From Escherichia coli (GTDB taxonomy: Bacteria > Pseudomonadota > Gammaproteobacteria > Enterobacterales > Enterobacteriaceae): a DNA stretch of 64,000 nucleotides. Every line of letters begins with the position of its first letter. Within the stretch, counting starts at the first letter, position 1. The translations under genes and the position numbers were made by a program. The DNA lies in NCBI RefSeq assembly GCF_003018235.1, contig NZ_CP027437.1. The stretch is one strand, 5' to 3'. The notes beneath the pieces are model-generated. The model had not been told where the DNA came from. It saw only the letters and a program-made list of their open reading frames with translations, and did not search any database. Shown here in pieces: positions 31,488-43,662 of the stretch.

Positions 31488-31982
31488 GTGAAGATTGATG
31501 CATCCCGTCGGGGCATACTCACTGGTCGCTGGCGCAAAGCCAGTAACGGTATCCGTCCGCCCTGGTCCGGTGATGAATCTCATTTTCTGACCCATTGCAC
31601 CCGCTGCGACGCCTGTATTAATGCTTGTGAAAACAACATTCTGCAACGCGGCGCGGGCGGCTATCCGAGCGTTAATTTCAAAAATAACGAGTGCAGCTTC
31701 TGTTACGCCTGCGCGCAGGCTTGCCCCGAATCGCTATTTTCTCCGCGCCACACCAGGGCCTGGGATTTGCTGTTCACCATCGGGGAGGCGTGCCTGGCGT
31801 ATCAAACAGTTGAATGCCGCCGCTGTCAGGATAGCTGTGAGCCAATGGCAATTATCTTTCGCCCGACGCTCTCCGGGATCTACCAGCCGCAACTTAATAG
31901 CCAACTTTGCAACGGATGTGGAGCATGTGCAGCCAGCTGTCCGGTATCAGCCATAACTGCGGAGTATCTCCATGCACACTAA
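31488..31982 (+). CDS. napF: Ferredoxin-type protein NapF
   Basis: Four CxxCxxCxxxCP 4Fe-4S motifs; 164 aa. Confidence 0.9.
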   Translation: MKIDASRRGILTGRWRKASNGIRPPWSGDESHFLTHCTRCDACINACENNILQRGAGGYPSVNFKNNECSFCYACAQACPESLFSPRHTRAWDLLFTIGEACLAYQTVECRRCQDSCEPMAIIFRPTLSGIYQPQLNSQLCNGCGACAASCPVSAITAEYLHAH

Positions 31983-32235
31983 CTGGCAAGTTTGCAGCCT
32001 GGTCGTGCAGGCCAAAAGCGAACGAATTTCAGACATCAGCACCCAACTGAACGCCTTTCCCGGCTGTGAAGTTGCTGTCAGCGACGCGCCGAGCGGTCAG
32101 TTGATTGTGGTGGTGGAAGCAGAAGACAGCGAAACGCTGATCCAAACCATTGAGTCAGTACGCAACGTAGAGGGCGTGCTGGCGGTGTCGCTGGTTTATC
32201 ACCAGCAGGAAGAGCAAGGTGAGGAAACACCATGA
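31972..32235 (+). CDS. napD: NapA chaperone NapD
   Basis: 87 aa between napF and napA. Confidence 0.85.
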   Translation: MHTNWQVCSLVVQAKSERISDISTQLNAFPGCEVAVSDAPSGQLIVVVEAEDSETLIQTIESVRNVEGVLAVSLVYHQQEEQGEETP

Positions 32236-34718
32236 AACTCAGTCGTCGTAGCTTTATGAAAGCTAACGCCGTTGCGGCCGCTGCGGCGGCTGCCGGTCTC
32301 AGCGTGCCGGGCGTTGCCCGCGCCGTTGTTGGTCAGCAGGAAGCCATCAAATGGGATAAAGCGCCGTGCCGTTTCTGCGGTACTGGTTGCGGCGTTCTGG
32401 TCGGAACGCAGCAGGGGCGTGTGGTGGCCTGTCAGGGCGACCCGGACGCACCGGTTAACCGTGGTCTGAACTGCATTAAGGGCTATTTCCTGCCCAAAAT
32501 CATGTACGGTAAAGACCGTTTGACGCAGCCGCTTCTGCGTATGAAAAACGGTAAATATGACAAAGAAGGCGAATTTACCCCAATCACCTGGGATCAAGCC
32601 TTCGATGTGATGGAAGAGAAATTCAAAACCGCCCTGAAAGAAAAAGGGCCGGAATCGATCGGTATGTTCGGTTCTGGTCAGTGGACTATCTGGGAAGGTT
32701 ATGCCGCGTCCAAGCTGTTTAAAGCGGGATTCCGTTCGAACAACATCGACCCGAACGCGCGTCACTGTATGGCGTCGGCGGTAGTTGGCTTTATGCGTAC
32801 CTTTGGTATGGATGAGCCGATGGGCTGCTATGACGACATCGAGCAGGCTGATGCGTTTGTGCTGTGGGGCGCGAACATGGCGGAAATGCACCCGATCCTC
32901 TGGTCGCGCATCACTAACCGTCGTCTCTCTAACCAGAACGTCACCGTGGCGGTGCTTTCTACCTACCAGCATCGTAGCTTCGAGCTGGCGGATAACGGCA
33001 TCATCTTTACGCCGCAATCAGACCTGGTGATCCTGAACTACATCGCCAACTATATCATTCAAAACAATGCGATAAATCAGGACTTCTTTAGCAAACACGT
33101 TAACCTGCGCAAAGGGGCGACGGACATCGGCTACGGTTTACGTCCGACCCATCCGCTGGAAAAAGCAGCGAAGAATCCAGGTTCTGACGCCTCCGAACCG
33201 ATGAGCTTTGAAGATTACAAAGCCTTCGTTGCTGAGTATACGCTGGAAAAAACCGCCGAAATGACCGGCGTGCCGAAAGACCAGTTAGAACAACTGGCGC
33301 AGCTGTATGCCGATCCGAACAAGAAAGTCATCTCCTACTGGACGATGGGCTTCAACCAGCATACCCGTGGTGTATGGGCCAACAACCTGGTCTACAACCT
33401 GCACCTGCTGACCGGCAAAATTTCCAAGCCGGGTTGCGGTCCGTTCTCCCTGACCGGGCAGCCTTCCGCGTGTGGTACTGCGCGTGAAGTGGGCACCTTT
33501 GCTCACCGTCTGCCTGCGGACATGGTGGTAACTAACGAGAAACATCGTGATATCTGCGAGAAGAAGTGGAATATCCCGAGCGGCACCATTCCGGCGAAAA
33601 TCGGTCTGCATGCGGTAGCACAAGACCGTGCGCTGAAAGACGGCAAGCTGAATGTTTACTGGACCATGTGTACCAACAACATGCAGGCCGGGCCGAACAT
33701 CAATGAAGAGCGTATGCCGGGCTGGCGCGATCCGCGCAACTTCATCATCGTCTCCGATCCGTATCCGACAGTCAGTGCGCTGGCAGCGGACTTGATTCTG
33801 CCGACCGCAATGTGGGTAGAGAAAGAGGGGGCTTACGGTAACGCCGAACGCCGTACTCAATTCTGGCGTCAGCAGGTAAAGGCACCGGGCGAAGCGAAAT
33901 CGGATCTCTGGCAGTTAGTCCAGTTCTCCCGCCGCTTCAAAACCGAAGAAGTATGGCCGGAAGATCTGCTGGCGAAGAAACCGGAACTGCGTGGCAAAAC
34001 GCTGTACGAAGTTCTGTATGCCACCCCGGAAGTGAGCAAATACCCTGTATCCGAACTGGCGGAAGATCAGCTGAACGATGAATCCCGCGAGCTGGGCTTC
34101 TATCTGCAAAAAGGGCTGTTCGAAGAGTACGCATGGTTTGGTCGCGGTCACGGTCACGATCTGGCACCGTTCGATGATTACCACAAAGCACGCGGTCTGC
34201 GCTGGCCGGTAGTGAACGGTAAAGAAACGCAGTGGCGTTACAGCGAAGGTAACGACCCATACGTGAAAGCGGGCGAAGGCTACAAGTTCTACGGTAAACC
34301 GGATGGCAAAGCGGTGATCTTCGCGCTGCCGTTCGAACCGGCGGCGGAGGCACCGGATGAAGAGTACGACCTGTGGCTCTCTACCGGACGCGTCCTGGAG
34401 CACTGGCATACCGGCAGTATGACTCGCCGTGTACCGGAACTGCACCGTGCCTTCCCGGAAGCGGTCCTGTTTATTCACCCGTTGGATGCGAAAGCGCGCG
34501 ATCTGCGCCGTGGCGACAAAGTGAAAGTGGTTTCTCGCCGTGGCGAAGTGATCTCGATTGTCGAAACGCGCGGTCGTAACCGTCCGCCGCAGGGCCTGGT
34601 GTACATGCCGTTCTTCGACGCCGCACAGCTGGTTAACAAACTGACGCTGGATGCGACCGATCCGCTCTCGAAAGAGACGGACTTCAAGAAGTGCGCGGTC
34701 AAACTGGAGAAGGTGTAA
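32232..34718 (+). CDS. napA: Periplasmic nitrate reductase catalytic subunit NapA
   Basis: 828 aa with a Tat signal ([15 protein letters not shown]), a Cys cluster (CRFCGTGCG) and a molybdopterin domain. Confidence 0.95.
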   Translation: MKLSRRSFMKANAVAAAAAAAGLSVPGVARAVVGQQEAIKWDKAPCRFCGTGCGVLVGTQQGRVVACQGDPDAPVNRGLNCIKGYFLPKIMYGKDRLTQPLLRMKNGKYDKEGEFTPITWDQAFDVMEEKFKTALKEKGPESIGMFGSGQWTIWEGYAASKLFKAGFRSNNIDPNARHCMASAVVGFMRTFGMDEPMGCYDDIEQADAFVLWGANMAEMHPILWSRITNRRLSNQNVTVAVLSTYQHRSFELADNGIIFTPQSDLVILNYIANYIIQNNAINQDFFSKHVNLRKGATDIGYGLRPTHPLEKAAKNPGSDASEPMSFEDYKAFVAEYTLEKTAEMTGVPKDQLEQLAQLYADPNKKVISYWTMGFNQHTRGVWANNLVYNLHLLTGKISKPGCGPFSLTGQPSACGTAREVGTFAHRLPADMVVTNEKHRDICEKKWNIPSGTIPAKIGLHAVAQDRALKDGKLNVYWTMCTNNMQAGPNINEERMPGWRDPRNFIIVSDPYPTVSALAADLILPTAMWVEKEGAYGNAERRTQFWRQQVKAPGEAKSDLWQLVQFSRRFKTEEVWPEDLLAKKPELRGKTLYEVLYATPEVSKYPVSELAEDQLNDESRELGFYLQKGLFEEYAWFGRGHGHDLAPFDDYHKARGLRWPVVNGKETQWRYSEGNDPYVKAGEGYKFYGKPDGKAVIFALPFEPAAEAPDEEYDLWLSTGRVLEHWHTGSMTRRVPELHRAFPEAVLFIHPLDAKARDLRRGDKVKVVSRRGEVISIVETRGRNRPPQGLVYMPFFDAAQLVNKLTLDATDPLSKETDFKKCAVKLEKV

Positions 34719-34724
34719 GCCATT

Positions 34725-35420
34725 ATGTCCCGGTCAGCGAAACCTCAAAATGGTCGCCGCCGCTTTCTGCGCGATGTCGTTCGCACAGCTGGCGGGCTGG
34801 CTGCCGTGGGTGTGGCGCTGGGGTTACAACAGCAAACCGCACGCGCATCTGGCGTGCGGTTGCGCCCGCCCGGAGCCATAAACGAGAACGCCTTTGCCAG
34901 TGCCTGTGTGCGTTGCGGTCAGTGTGTTCAGGCTTGCCCTTATGACACCTTAAAACTGGCGACGCTGGCTTCTGGCCTGTCGGCGGGCACGCCATATTTT
35001 GTCGCACGGGATATTCCTTGCGAAATGTGTGAGGACATTCCGTGCGCCAAAGTGTGCCCGAGCGGTGCGCTGGATCGTGAGATCGAATCGATCGACGACG
35101 CGCGGATGGGGCTGGCGGTACTGGTGGACCAGGAAAACTGTCTCAACTTTCAGGGGCTGCGCTGCGATGTTTGTTATCGCGAATGCCCGAAAATTGATGA
35201 GGCAATCACCCTGGAGCTGGAGCGCAACACGCGTACCGGTAAGCACGCCCGCTTTCTGCCGACGGTTCACAGCGACGCCTGTACCGGCTGCGGTAAGTGC
35301 GAAAAAGTGTGCGTGCTGGAACAACCGGCAATCAAGGTGTTACCGCTGTCACTGGCGAAAGGGGAGTTAGGTCACCATTACCGCTTCGGCTGGCTGGAGG
35401 GGAACAATGGCAAATCGTAA
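34725..35420 (+). CDS. napG: Ferredoxin-type NapG
   Basis: 231 aa with a Tat signal and multiple 4Fe-4S motifs. Confidence 0.9.
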
Positions 35421-36270
35421 ACGTGACGCCGGGCGCGAGGCGCTGGAGAAAAAAGGCTGGTGGCGCAGCCACCGTTGGCTGGTGTTACGTCGCCTTTGTC
35501 AGTTCTTCGTGCTGGGGATGTTTTTGAGCGGTCCGTGGTTTGGTGTGTGGATCTTGCACGGCAACTACAGCAGTAGCCTGTTATTCGACACCGTTCCGCT
35601 GACCGATCCGCTGATGACGCTGCAAAGTCTTGCCAGCGGTCATCTGCCTGCCACGGTGGCGTTGACCGGTGCGGTAATTATCACCGTGCTCTACGCCCTG
35701 GCAGGAAAGCGATTATTTTGCAGCTGGGTCTGCCCGCTGAACCCGATTACCGACTTAGCGAACTGGTTACGCAGGCGCTTTGACCTCAATCAGTCTGCGA
35801 CGATCCCTCGCCACATTCGCTACGTGCTGTTGGTGGTCATTCTGCTGGGATCGGCCTTAACCGGCACACTCATCTGGGAATGGATCAACCCCGTTTCCCT
35901 GATGGGGCGCAGTCTGGTAATGGGATTCGGCAGCGGCGCGCTGCTTATTCTCGCGCTGTTTTTATTTGATCTACTGGTCGTTGAACACGGCTGGTGCGGG
36001 CACATTTGTCCGGTTGGCGCGCTGTATGGCGTGCTGGGTAGCAAAGGTGTCATTACCGTTGCGGCCACCGATCGGCAGAAATGTAACCGCTGTATGGATT
36101 GTTTTCATGTTTGCCCGGAACCGCATGTGCTACGTGCCCCGGTGCTGGATGAACAAAGCCCGGTGCAGGTCACCAGCCGCGATTGCATGACGTGCGGTCG
36201 CTGCGTGGATGTCTGTTCTGAGGATGTATTTACAATAACTACACGATGGAGTTCGGGAGCGAAATCATGA
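35407..36270 (+). CDS. napH: Membrane ferredoxin NapH
   Basis: 287 aa with TM helices and C-terminal Cys clusters. Confidence 0.9.
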
Positions 36271-36716
36271 AAAGCCATGACCTGAAGAAAGCGCTGTGTC
36301 AATGGACGGCGATGCTGGCCCTGGTGGTGAGCGGCGCGGTTTGGGCGGCTAATGGCGTCGATTTTAGCCAGTCGCCGGAAGTATCCGGGACGCAGGAAGG
36401 GGCCATTCGGATGCCAAAAGAGCAGGATCGGATGCCGCTGAACTATGTGAATCAGCCGCCAATGATCCCGCATAGCGTTGAAGGTTATCAGGTAACGACC
36501 AATACCAACCGCTGCTTGCAGTGCCACGGTGTCGAAAGCTATCGCACCACTGGCGCGCCGCGCATCAGTCCTACTCACTTTATGGACAGCGACGGCAAAG
36601 TGGGCGCGGAAGTGGCTCCACGTCGTTACTTCTGTCTGCAATGTCACGTGCCGCAGGCTGATACCGCGCCAATCGTGGGGAATACCTTTACCCCGTCAAA
36701 AGGTTACGGGAAATAA
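36267..36716 (+). CDS. napB: Diheme cytochrome c NapB; start taken at MKSHDLKK
   Basis: Two CxxCH motifs (CLQCH) and a signal peptide. Confidence 0.9.
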   Translation: MKSHDLKKALCQWTAMLALVVSGAVWAANGVDFSQSPEVSGTQEGAIRMPKEQDRMPLNYVNQPPMIPHSVEGYQVTTNTNRCLQCHGVESYRTTGAPRISPTHFMDSDGKVGAEVAPRRYFCLQCHVPQADTAPIVGNTFTPSKGYGK

Positions 36717-36725
36717 GAGGTTATT

Positions 36726-37328
36726 ATGGGAAATTCTGACCGTAAGCCTGGTCTGATTAAGCGCCTGTGGAAATGGTGGCGTACCCCCAGCCATCTGGCG
36801 CTGGGGACGCTGCTGTTGATCGGCTTTGTTGGCGGCATCGTCTTCTGGGGCGGCTTTAACACCGGGATGGAAAAAGCCAATACCGAAGAGTTCTGCATTA
36901 GCTGCCACGAAATGCGTAACACGGTGTATCAGGAATACATGGATTCCGTGCACTACAACAACCGTAGCGGCGTCCGTGCGACCTGTCCGGATTGTCACGT
37001 TCCGCACGAGTTTGTGCCGAAGATGATACGCAAGCTCAAAGCAAGTAAAGAGCTGTATGGTAAAATTTTTGGCGTTATTGACACGCCGCAGAAATTTGAA
37101 GCTCATCGCCTGACGATGGCACAGAATGAGTGGCGGCGCATGAAGGACAATAACTCGCAGGAGTGCCGTAACTGTCACAACTTCGAGTATATGGATACAA
37201 CCGCCCAGAAATCGGTTGCCGCGAAGATGCATGACCAGGCGGTGAAAGATGGGCAAACCTGTATTGATTGCCATAAAGGGATAGCGCACAAGCTGCCCGA
37301 TATGCGCGAAGTCGAGCCAGGTTTTTAA
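36726..37328 (+). CDS. napC: Tetraheme cytochrome c NapC
   Basis: Four CxxCH motifs (CISCH, CPDCH, CRNCH, CIDCH) and an N-terminal TM anchor. Confidence 0.9.
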   Translation: MGNSDRKPGLIKRLWKWWRTPSHLALGTLLLIGFVGGIVFWGGFNTGMEKANTEEFCISCHEMRNTVYQEYMDSVHYNNRSGVRATCPDCHVPHEFVPKMIRKLKASKELYGKIFGVIDTPQKFEAHRLTMAQNEWRRMKDNNSQECRNCHNFEYMDTTAQKSVAAKMHDQAVKDGQTCIDCHKGIAHKLPDMREVEPGF

Positions 37329-37340
37329 CAGGGTTATTGC

Positions 37341-37964
37341 GTGGGTATGCTTGAAGCCAGAGAGTTACTTTGCGAGCGGGATGAACGAACCTTATTTAGT
37401 GGCTTGTCATTTACGCTGAACGCAGGAGAGTGGGTACAAATCACCGGTAGCAACGGCGCGGGGAAGACAACGCTTCTCCGTTTGCTGACGGGGTTGTCTC
37501 GCCCTGATGCGGGAGACGTTCTCTGGCAAGGGCAGCCCTTGCATCAGGTACGCGACAGCTACCATCAAAACCTGTTATGGATAGGCCATCAGCCGGGGAT
37601 CAAAACCCGGCTGACGGCGTTAGAAAATCTGCACTTTTATCATCGCGATGGCGATACCGCACAATGTCTGGAAGCCCTGGCGCAGGCCGGGCTTGCCGGA
37701 TTCGAAGATATTCCGGTAAATCAACTTTCTGCCGGGCAACAACGCCGCGTCGCTTTAGCGCGTCTGTGGTTGACCCGTGCCACGTTATGGATCCTCGACG
37801 AGCCTTTTACCGCGATTGACGTTAACGGCGTCGATCGTCTGACCCAGCGTATGGCGCAGCATACGGAGCAGAGGGGGATTGTGATTCTGACTACCCACCA
37901 GCCGCTCAACGTTGCTGAAAGTAAAATTCGCCGCATTTCACTGACGCAAACGAGGGCCGCATGA
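37341..37964 (+). CDS. ccmA: Heme exporter ATPase CcmA
   Basis: Walker [10 protein letters not shown], signature LSAGQQRR, Walker B ILDEP. Confidence 0.9.
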   Translation: MGMLEARELLCERDERTLFSGLSFTLNAGEWVQITGSNGAGKTTLLRLLTGLSRPDAGDVLWQGQPLHQVRDSYHQNLLWIGHQPGIKTRLTALENLHFYHRDGDTAQCLEALAQAGLAGFEDIPVNQLSAGQQRRVALARLWLTRATLWILDEPFTAIDVNGVDRLTQRMAQHTEQRGIVILTTHQPLNVAESKIRRISLTQTRAA

Positions 37965-38623
37965 TGTTCTGGCGCATTTTCCGTCTTGAGCTGCGCGTAG
38001 CGTTTCGCCATAGCGCCGAAATCGCCAACCCGCTGTGGTTCTTCCTGATTGTCATTACCCTTTTTCCGCTCAGTATCGGTCCGGAGCCGCAACTGCTGGC
38101 GCGTATTGCACCGGGCATTATCTGGGTTGCTGCGCTGCTTTCATCCTTGCTGGCGCTGGAACGACTGTTCCGTGACGATTTGCAGGACGGCAGTCTTGAA
38201 CAATTGATGTTGTTGCCGTTACCCTTGCCCGCCGTTGTGCTGGCGAAGGTGATGGCGCACTGGATGGTAACCGGTCTGCCGTTACTCATCCTTTCGCCAC
38301 TGGTAGCAATGCTACTGGGAATGGATGTTTATGGCTGGCAAGTGATGGCGCTGACGCTGCTGCTGGGAACGCCTACGCTTGGCTTTCTCGGTGCACCGGG
38401 CGTGGCGCTGACAGTGGGACTTAAGCGCGGTGGTGTGCTGCTCAGCATACTGGTGTTACCGCTGACTATCCCATTACTCATCTTTGCCACCGCCGCGATG
38501 GACGCGGCTTCCATGCATTTGCCCGTTGACGGGTATCTGGCAATTTTAGGCGCGTTGCTGGCAGGCACCGCGACATTAAGTCCTTTTGCGACGGCGGCAG
38601 CGTTACGAATCAGCATTCAATAA
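37961..38623 (+). CDS. ccmB: Heme exporter permease CcmB
   Basis: 220-aa polytopic membrane protein. Confidence 0.9.
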
Positions 38624-38664
38624 CGCTGGATTACTGATTTTTGTTCGAGTCTGGTATCGAAACT

Positions 38665-39402
38665 ATGTGGAAAACACTGCATCAACTGGCGATCCCACCA
38701 CGGCTGTATCAAATCTGTGGCTGGTTTATACCGTGGCTGGCAATTGCCAGTGTGGTCGTGCTTACCGTCGGCTGGATCTGGGGATTCGGCTTTGCTCCGG
38801 CTGATTATCAACAGGGAAATAGCTATCGCATTATCTACCTGCATGTGCCTGCGGCGATCTGGTCGATGGGCATTTATGCATCAATGGCGGTGGCGGCGTT
38901 TATTGGCCTTGTCTGGCAGATGAAAATGGCCAACCTGGCGGTGGCGGCGATGGCCCCCATTGGTGCCGTGTTTACCTTTATTGCCCTGGTTACCGGCTCT
39001 GCATGGGGAAAACCGATGTGGGGCACCTGGTGGGTATGGGATGCACGTCTGACTTCTGAACTGGTGCTGCTGTTTTTGTATGTGGGTGTGATTGCCCTGT
39101 GGCACGCCTTCGACGACCGCCGTCTGGCGGGCCGTGCGGCAGGTATCCTGGTGCTGATTGGCGTGGTGAATCTGCCGATTATTCATTACTCCGTGGAGTG
39201 GTGGAACACCCTGCATCAGGGATCAACGCGGATGCAGCAAAGTATCGATCCGGCGATGCGTTCGCCGCTGCGCTGGTCGATTTTTGGCTTCCTGCTGCTG
39301 TCTGCCACGCTGACGCTGATGCGGATGCGTAATTTGATTTTGCTGATGGAAAAACGCCGTCCGTGGGTGAGTGAACTGATACTGAAAAGAGGCCGTAAAT
39401 GA
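38665..39402 (+). CDS. ccmC: Heme exporter CcmC; start taken at MWKTLHQ
   Basis: WGxxWxWD tryptophan-rich motif (WGTWWVWDARL). Confidence 0.9.
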   Translation: MWKTLHQLAIPPRLYQICGWFIPWLAIASVVVLTVGWIWGFGFAPADYQQGNSYRIIYLHVPAAIWSMGIYASMAVAAFIGLVWQMKMANLAVAAMAPIGAVFTFIALVTGSAWGKPMWGTWWVWDARLTSELVLLFLYVGVIALWHAFDDRRLAGRAAGILVLIGVVNLPIIHYSVEWWNTLHQGSTRMQQSIDPAMRSPLRWSIFGFLLLSATLTLMRMRNLILLMEKRRPWVSELILKRGRK

Positions 39403-39608
39403 CCCCTGCATTTGCTTCCTGGAATGAATTTTTCGCAATGGGCGGTTACGCCTTTTTTGTCTGGCTGGCGGTAGCGATGACCGTTATTCCGCTGGTGATT
39501 TTAGTCGTGCACTCGGTGATGCAGCATCGCGCAATTCTGCGTGGCGTGGCGCAACAGCGGGCGCGTGAGGCGCGTTTACGTGCTGCGCAACAGCAGGAGG
39601 CTGCATGA
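39399..39608 (+). CDS. ccmD: CcmD
   Basis: 69-aa single-TM protein; overlapping starts and stops with neighbours. Confidence 0.85.
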
Positions 39609-40084
39609 ATATTCGCCGTAAAAACCGCTTGTGGATTGCCTGTGCCGTTTTGGCGGGGCTGGCGCTTACTATCGGTCTGGTGCTGTATGCGCTGCGCTCG
39701 AATATCGATCTCTTTTATACGCCGGGGGAAATTCTCTACGGCAAGCGTGAAACTCAGCAGATGCCGGAAGTCGGTCAGCGTCTGCGCGTTGGCGGGATGG
39801 TGATGCCGGGTAGCGTGCAGCGCGATCCCAATTCGCTGAAAGTGACCTTCACCATTTACGATGCTGAAGGCTCAGTGGATGTTTCTTACGAAGGCATTTT
39901 GCCGGATCTGTTCCGTGAAGGGCAGGGCGTTGTGGTGCAGGGCGAGCTGGAAAAAGGCAATCATATCCTCGCGAAAGAAGTGCTGGCGAAACATGATGAA
40001 AACTACACGCCGCCAGAAGTTGAGAAAGCGATGGAAGCTAACCACCGTCGCCCGGCGAGTGTTTATAAGGACCCAGCATCATGA
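39605..40084 (+). CDS. ccmE: Heme chaperone CcmE
   Basis: 159 aa with an N-terminal TM anchor and OB-fold. Confidence 0.9.
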
Positions 40085-42024
40085 TGCCAGAAATTGGTAA
40101 CGGGCTGCTGTGCCTGGCGTTAGGGATTGCGCTGCTGCTGTCCGTGTATCCGCTATGGGGCGTGGCGCGCGGAGATGCGCGCATGATGGCGTCTTCCCGC
40201 TTGTTTGCCTGGCTGCTGTTTATGTCTGTAGCTGGCGCATTTCTGGTGCTGGTCAATGCTTTCGTGGTCAACGACTTTACCGTCACCTATGTTGCCAGCA
40301 ACTCCAATACCCAGCTTCCGGTGTGGTATCGCGTGGCGGCTACCTGGGGCGCGCATGAAGGTTCGCTTCTGCTGTGGGTGCTGCTGATGAGCGGCTGGAC
40401 CTTTGCGGTGGCGATTTTTAGTCAGCGTATTCCGCTGGATATTGTGGCCCGCGTACTGGCGATAATGGGGATGGTCAGTGTCGGCTTTTTGCTGTTCATT
40501 CTATTTACCTCTAACCCATTCTCACGCACGCTTCCGAATTTCCCGATTGAAGGGCGCGATCTTAACCCGCTGTTGCAGGATCCGGGGCTGATCTTCCATC
40601 CGCCTCTGCTCTATATGGGGTACGTCGGTTTCTCGGTGGCGTTTGCTTTCGCCATTGCTTCTTTGTTGAGTGGGCGTCTGGACAGCACTTATGCGCGTTT
40701 TACTCGTCCGTGGACGCTGGCAGCGTGGATTTTCCTGACGCTCGGCATTGTGCTTGGTTCCGCATGGGCCTATTACGAACTCGGCTGGGGTGGCTGGTGG
40801 TTCTGGGATCCGGTAGAAAACGCCTCGTTTATGCCGTGGCTGGTGGGGACTGCGCTGATGCACTCACTGGCGGTCACTGAACAACGCGCCAGCTTCAAAG
40901 CGTGGACATTACTGCTGGCAATCAGTGCCTTCTCGTTGTGTCTGCTGGGGACTTTCCTGGTGCGTTCCGGCGTGCTGGTATCGGTACACGCGTTTGCCTC
41001 TGATCCGGCACGCGGTATGTTTATCCTCGCCTTTATGGTGCTGGTGATTGGCGGTTCGCTGCTGCTGTTTGCCGCGCGTGGACACAAAGTTCGTTCACGC
41101 GTAAACAATGCGCTGTGGTCGCGGGAATCTCTGCTGTTAGCGAACAACGTTTTGCTGGTCGCCGCGATGCTGGTGGTGTTGCTGGGGACGCTGCTGCCGC
41201 TGGTGCACAAGCAACTGGGACTGGGCAGTATTTCGATTGGCGAACCGTTCTTCAACACCATGTTTACCTGGCTGATGGTGCCGTTTGCGCTACTGCTGGG
41301 TGTCGGTCCTCTGGTGCGCTGGGGGCGCGATCGCCCACGTAAAATCCGCAATTTATTGATTATCGCCTTCATCTCAACGCTGGTGCTGTCGCTGCTGTTG
41401 CCGTGGCTGTTCGAAAGCAAAGTTGTGGCGATGACGGTGCTCGGCCTGGCAATGGCCTGCTGGATTGCGGTACTGGCAATTGCGGAAGCTGCGCTGCGTA
41501 TTTCACGCGGCACGAAAACCACCTTCAGTTATTGGGGGATGGTGGCGGCTCACCTGGGGCTGGCAGTGACAATTGTTGGTATTGCCTTTAGCCAGAACTA
41601 TAGCGTTGAGCGTGATGTGCGCATGAAGTCCGGCGATAGTGTCGATATTCATGAATATCGCTTCACCTTCCGTGATGTCAAAGAGGTGACTGGCCCGAAC
41701 TGGCGTGGCGGTGTGGCGACTATCGGCGTAACGCGCGATGGCAAGCCGGAAACGGTGCTGTATGCGGAAAAACGTTATTACAACACTGCCGGGTCGATGA
41801 TGACCGAAGCGGCGATTGACGGCGGCATCACGCGTGACCTGTACGCCGCGCTCGGTGAAGAGCTGGAAAACGGCGCGTGGGCTGTGCGTCTTTACTACAA
41901 ACCATTTGTTCGCTGGATTTGGGCGGGCGGGCTGATGATGGCGTTGGGCGGACTGCTGTGTCTGTTTGATCCTCGCTATCGTAAGCGCGTGACCCCGCAG
42001 AAAACTGCGCCGGAGGCTGTATGA
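40081..42024 (+). CDS. ccmF: Cytochrome c heme lyase subunit CcmF
   Basis: 647-aa polytopic membrane protein with a [12 protein letters not shown] motif. Confidence 0.9.
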
Positions 42025-42578
42025 AGCGCAAAGTATTGTTAATTCCGTTGATTATCTTCCTGGCGATTGCCGCGGCGCTACTGTGGCAGCTGGCGCGTAA
42101 TGCCGAAGGGGATGATCCGACCAATCTGGAATCGGCGCTCATTGGCAAGCCAGTGCCGAAGTTTCGCCTCGAATCACTGGACAATCCGGGGCAGTTTTAT
42201 CAGGCGGATGTGCTGACTCAGGGCAAACCAGTGCTGCTTAACGTCTGGGCGACCTGGTGTCCGACCTGCCGTGCGGAACATCAATATCTGAATCAGCTTT
42301 CTGCGCAGGGCATCCGCGTGGTCGGCATGAACTATAAAGACGATCGCCAGAAGGCAATCAGCTGGCTGAAAGAGCTGGGCAATCCTTACGCACTAAGCCT
42401 GTTTGATGGCGACGGCATGTTAGGGCTGGATCTCGGTGTCTATGGCGCGCCAGAAACGTTCCTTATTGACGGCAACGGCATCATTCGCTATCGCCATGCG
42501 GGCGATCTCAATCCTCGCGTCTGGGAAGAAGAGATCAAGCCGCTGTGGGAGAAATACAGTAAGGAGGCCGCACAATGA
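42021..42578 (+). CDS. ccmG: Thiol:disulfide interchange protein CcmG/DsbE
   Basis: Thioredoxin-fold WCPTC motif. Confidence 0.9.
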   Translation: MKRKVLLIPLIIFLAIAAALLWQLARNAEGDDPTNLESALIGKPVPKFRLESLDNPGQFYQADVLTQGKPVLLNVWATWCPTCRAEHQYLNQLSAQGIRVVGMNYKDDRQKAISWLKELGNPYALSLFDGDGMLGLDLGVYGAPETFLIDGNGIIRYRHAGDLNPRVWEEEIKPLWEKYSKEAAQ

Positions 42579-43627
42579 GGTTTTTATTGGGCGTGCTGAT
42601 GCTGATGATCTCCGGCTCAGCGCTGGCGACCATCGACGTGTTGCAGTTTAAGGATGAAGCGCAGGAGCAGCAGTTCCGGCAACTCACTGAAGAACTACGC
42701 TGCCCGAAATGCCAGAACAACAGCATTGCCGATTCCAACTCGATGATTGCCACCGACCTGCGCCAGAAAGTGTATGAACTGATGCAGGAAGGTAAAAGTA
42801 AAAAAGAGATTGTCGATTATATGGTGGCGCGTTACGGCAACTTCGTCACTTACGATCCGCCGTTAACGCCGCTGACCATGCTGCTGTGGGTGCTTCCGGT
42901 AGTGGCTATTGGCATTGGCGGTTGGGTCATATACGCCCGCTCGCGGCGTCGGGTACGCGTGGTGCCGGAAGCGTTTCCTGAACAAAGCGTGCCGGAAGGT
43001 AAGCGTGCCGGATATGTTGTTTATCTGCCGGGTATTGTGGTGGCGTTAATTGTGGCTGGCGTCAGCTACTACCAGACGGGCAATTATCAGCAGGTGAAAA
43101 TCTGGCAGCAGGCCACGGCACAGGCTCCGGCGTTACTGGACAGGGCGCTGGATCCGAAAGCCGATCCGCTCAACGAAGAAGAGATGTCGCGCCTTGCGCT
43201 GGGGATGCGTACTCAACTGCAAAAAAATCCGGGAGATATAGAAGGCTGGATTATGTTGGGCCGCGTTGGCATGGCGCTGGGTAACGCCAGTATCGCCACC
43301 GATGCATACGCTACTGCGTATCGCCTCGATCCGAAGAACAGCGATGCTGCACTGGGATACGCTGAAGCGTTGACACGTTCATCTGATCCCAACGACAACC
43401 GCCTCGGCGGTGAACTGCTACGTCAGCTGGTGAGAACGGATCATAGTAATATTCGTGTGTTAAGCATGTACGCGTTTAATGCCTTTGAGCAGCAGCGATT
43501 TGGCGAAGCCGTTGCCGCGTGGGAGATGATGTTGAAACTCTTACCTGCCAACGATACTCGCCGTGCGGTGATTGAACGTAGTATCGCGCAGGCGATGCAA
43601 CATTTGTCGCCGCAGGAGAGTAAATAA
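42575..43627 (+). CDS. ccmH: Heme lyase subunit CcmH (CcmH/CcmI fusion)
   Basis: LRCPKCQNNSIADS motif and TPR-like C-terminal half; 350 aa. Confidence 0.9.
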   Translation: MRFLLGVLMLMISGSALATIDVLQFKDEAQEQQFRQLTEELRCPKCQNNSIADSNSMIATDLRQKVYELMQEGKSKKEIVDYMVARYGNFVTYDPPLTPLTMLLWVLPVVAIGIGGWVIYARSRRRVRVVPEAFPEQSVPEGKRAGYVVYLPGIVVALIVAGVSYYQTGNYQQVKIWQQATAQAPALLDRALDPKADPLNEEEMSRLALGMRTQLQKNPGDIEGWIMLGRVGMALGNASIATDAYATAYRLDPKNSDAALGYAEALTRSSDPNDNRLGGELLRQLVRTDHSNIRVLSMYAFNAFEQQRFGEAVAAWEMMLKLLPANDTRRAVIERSIAQAMQHLSPQESK

Positions 43628-43631
43628 TAAG

Positions 43632-43662
43632 AGGCCCGATGGTGATGCCATCGGGCTATTTT
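43632..43662. terminator. Bidirectional hairpin between ccmH and narP
   Basis: gcccgatggtgatgccatcgggc perfect hairpin, followed by tattttta. Confidence 0.6.

Noticed and set aside
33285-34478. Several 130-190-aa minus-strand ORFs inside napA
   Set aside because: They are embedded antisense in a well-defined conserved gene, with no RBS context. They are artefacts of GC-rich coding sequence.
40773-41522. 249-aa minus-strand ORF inside ccmF
   Set aside because: Antisense to ccmF, Ser/Thr/Ala-rich and low complexity. Spurious.
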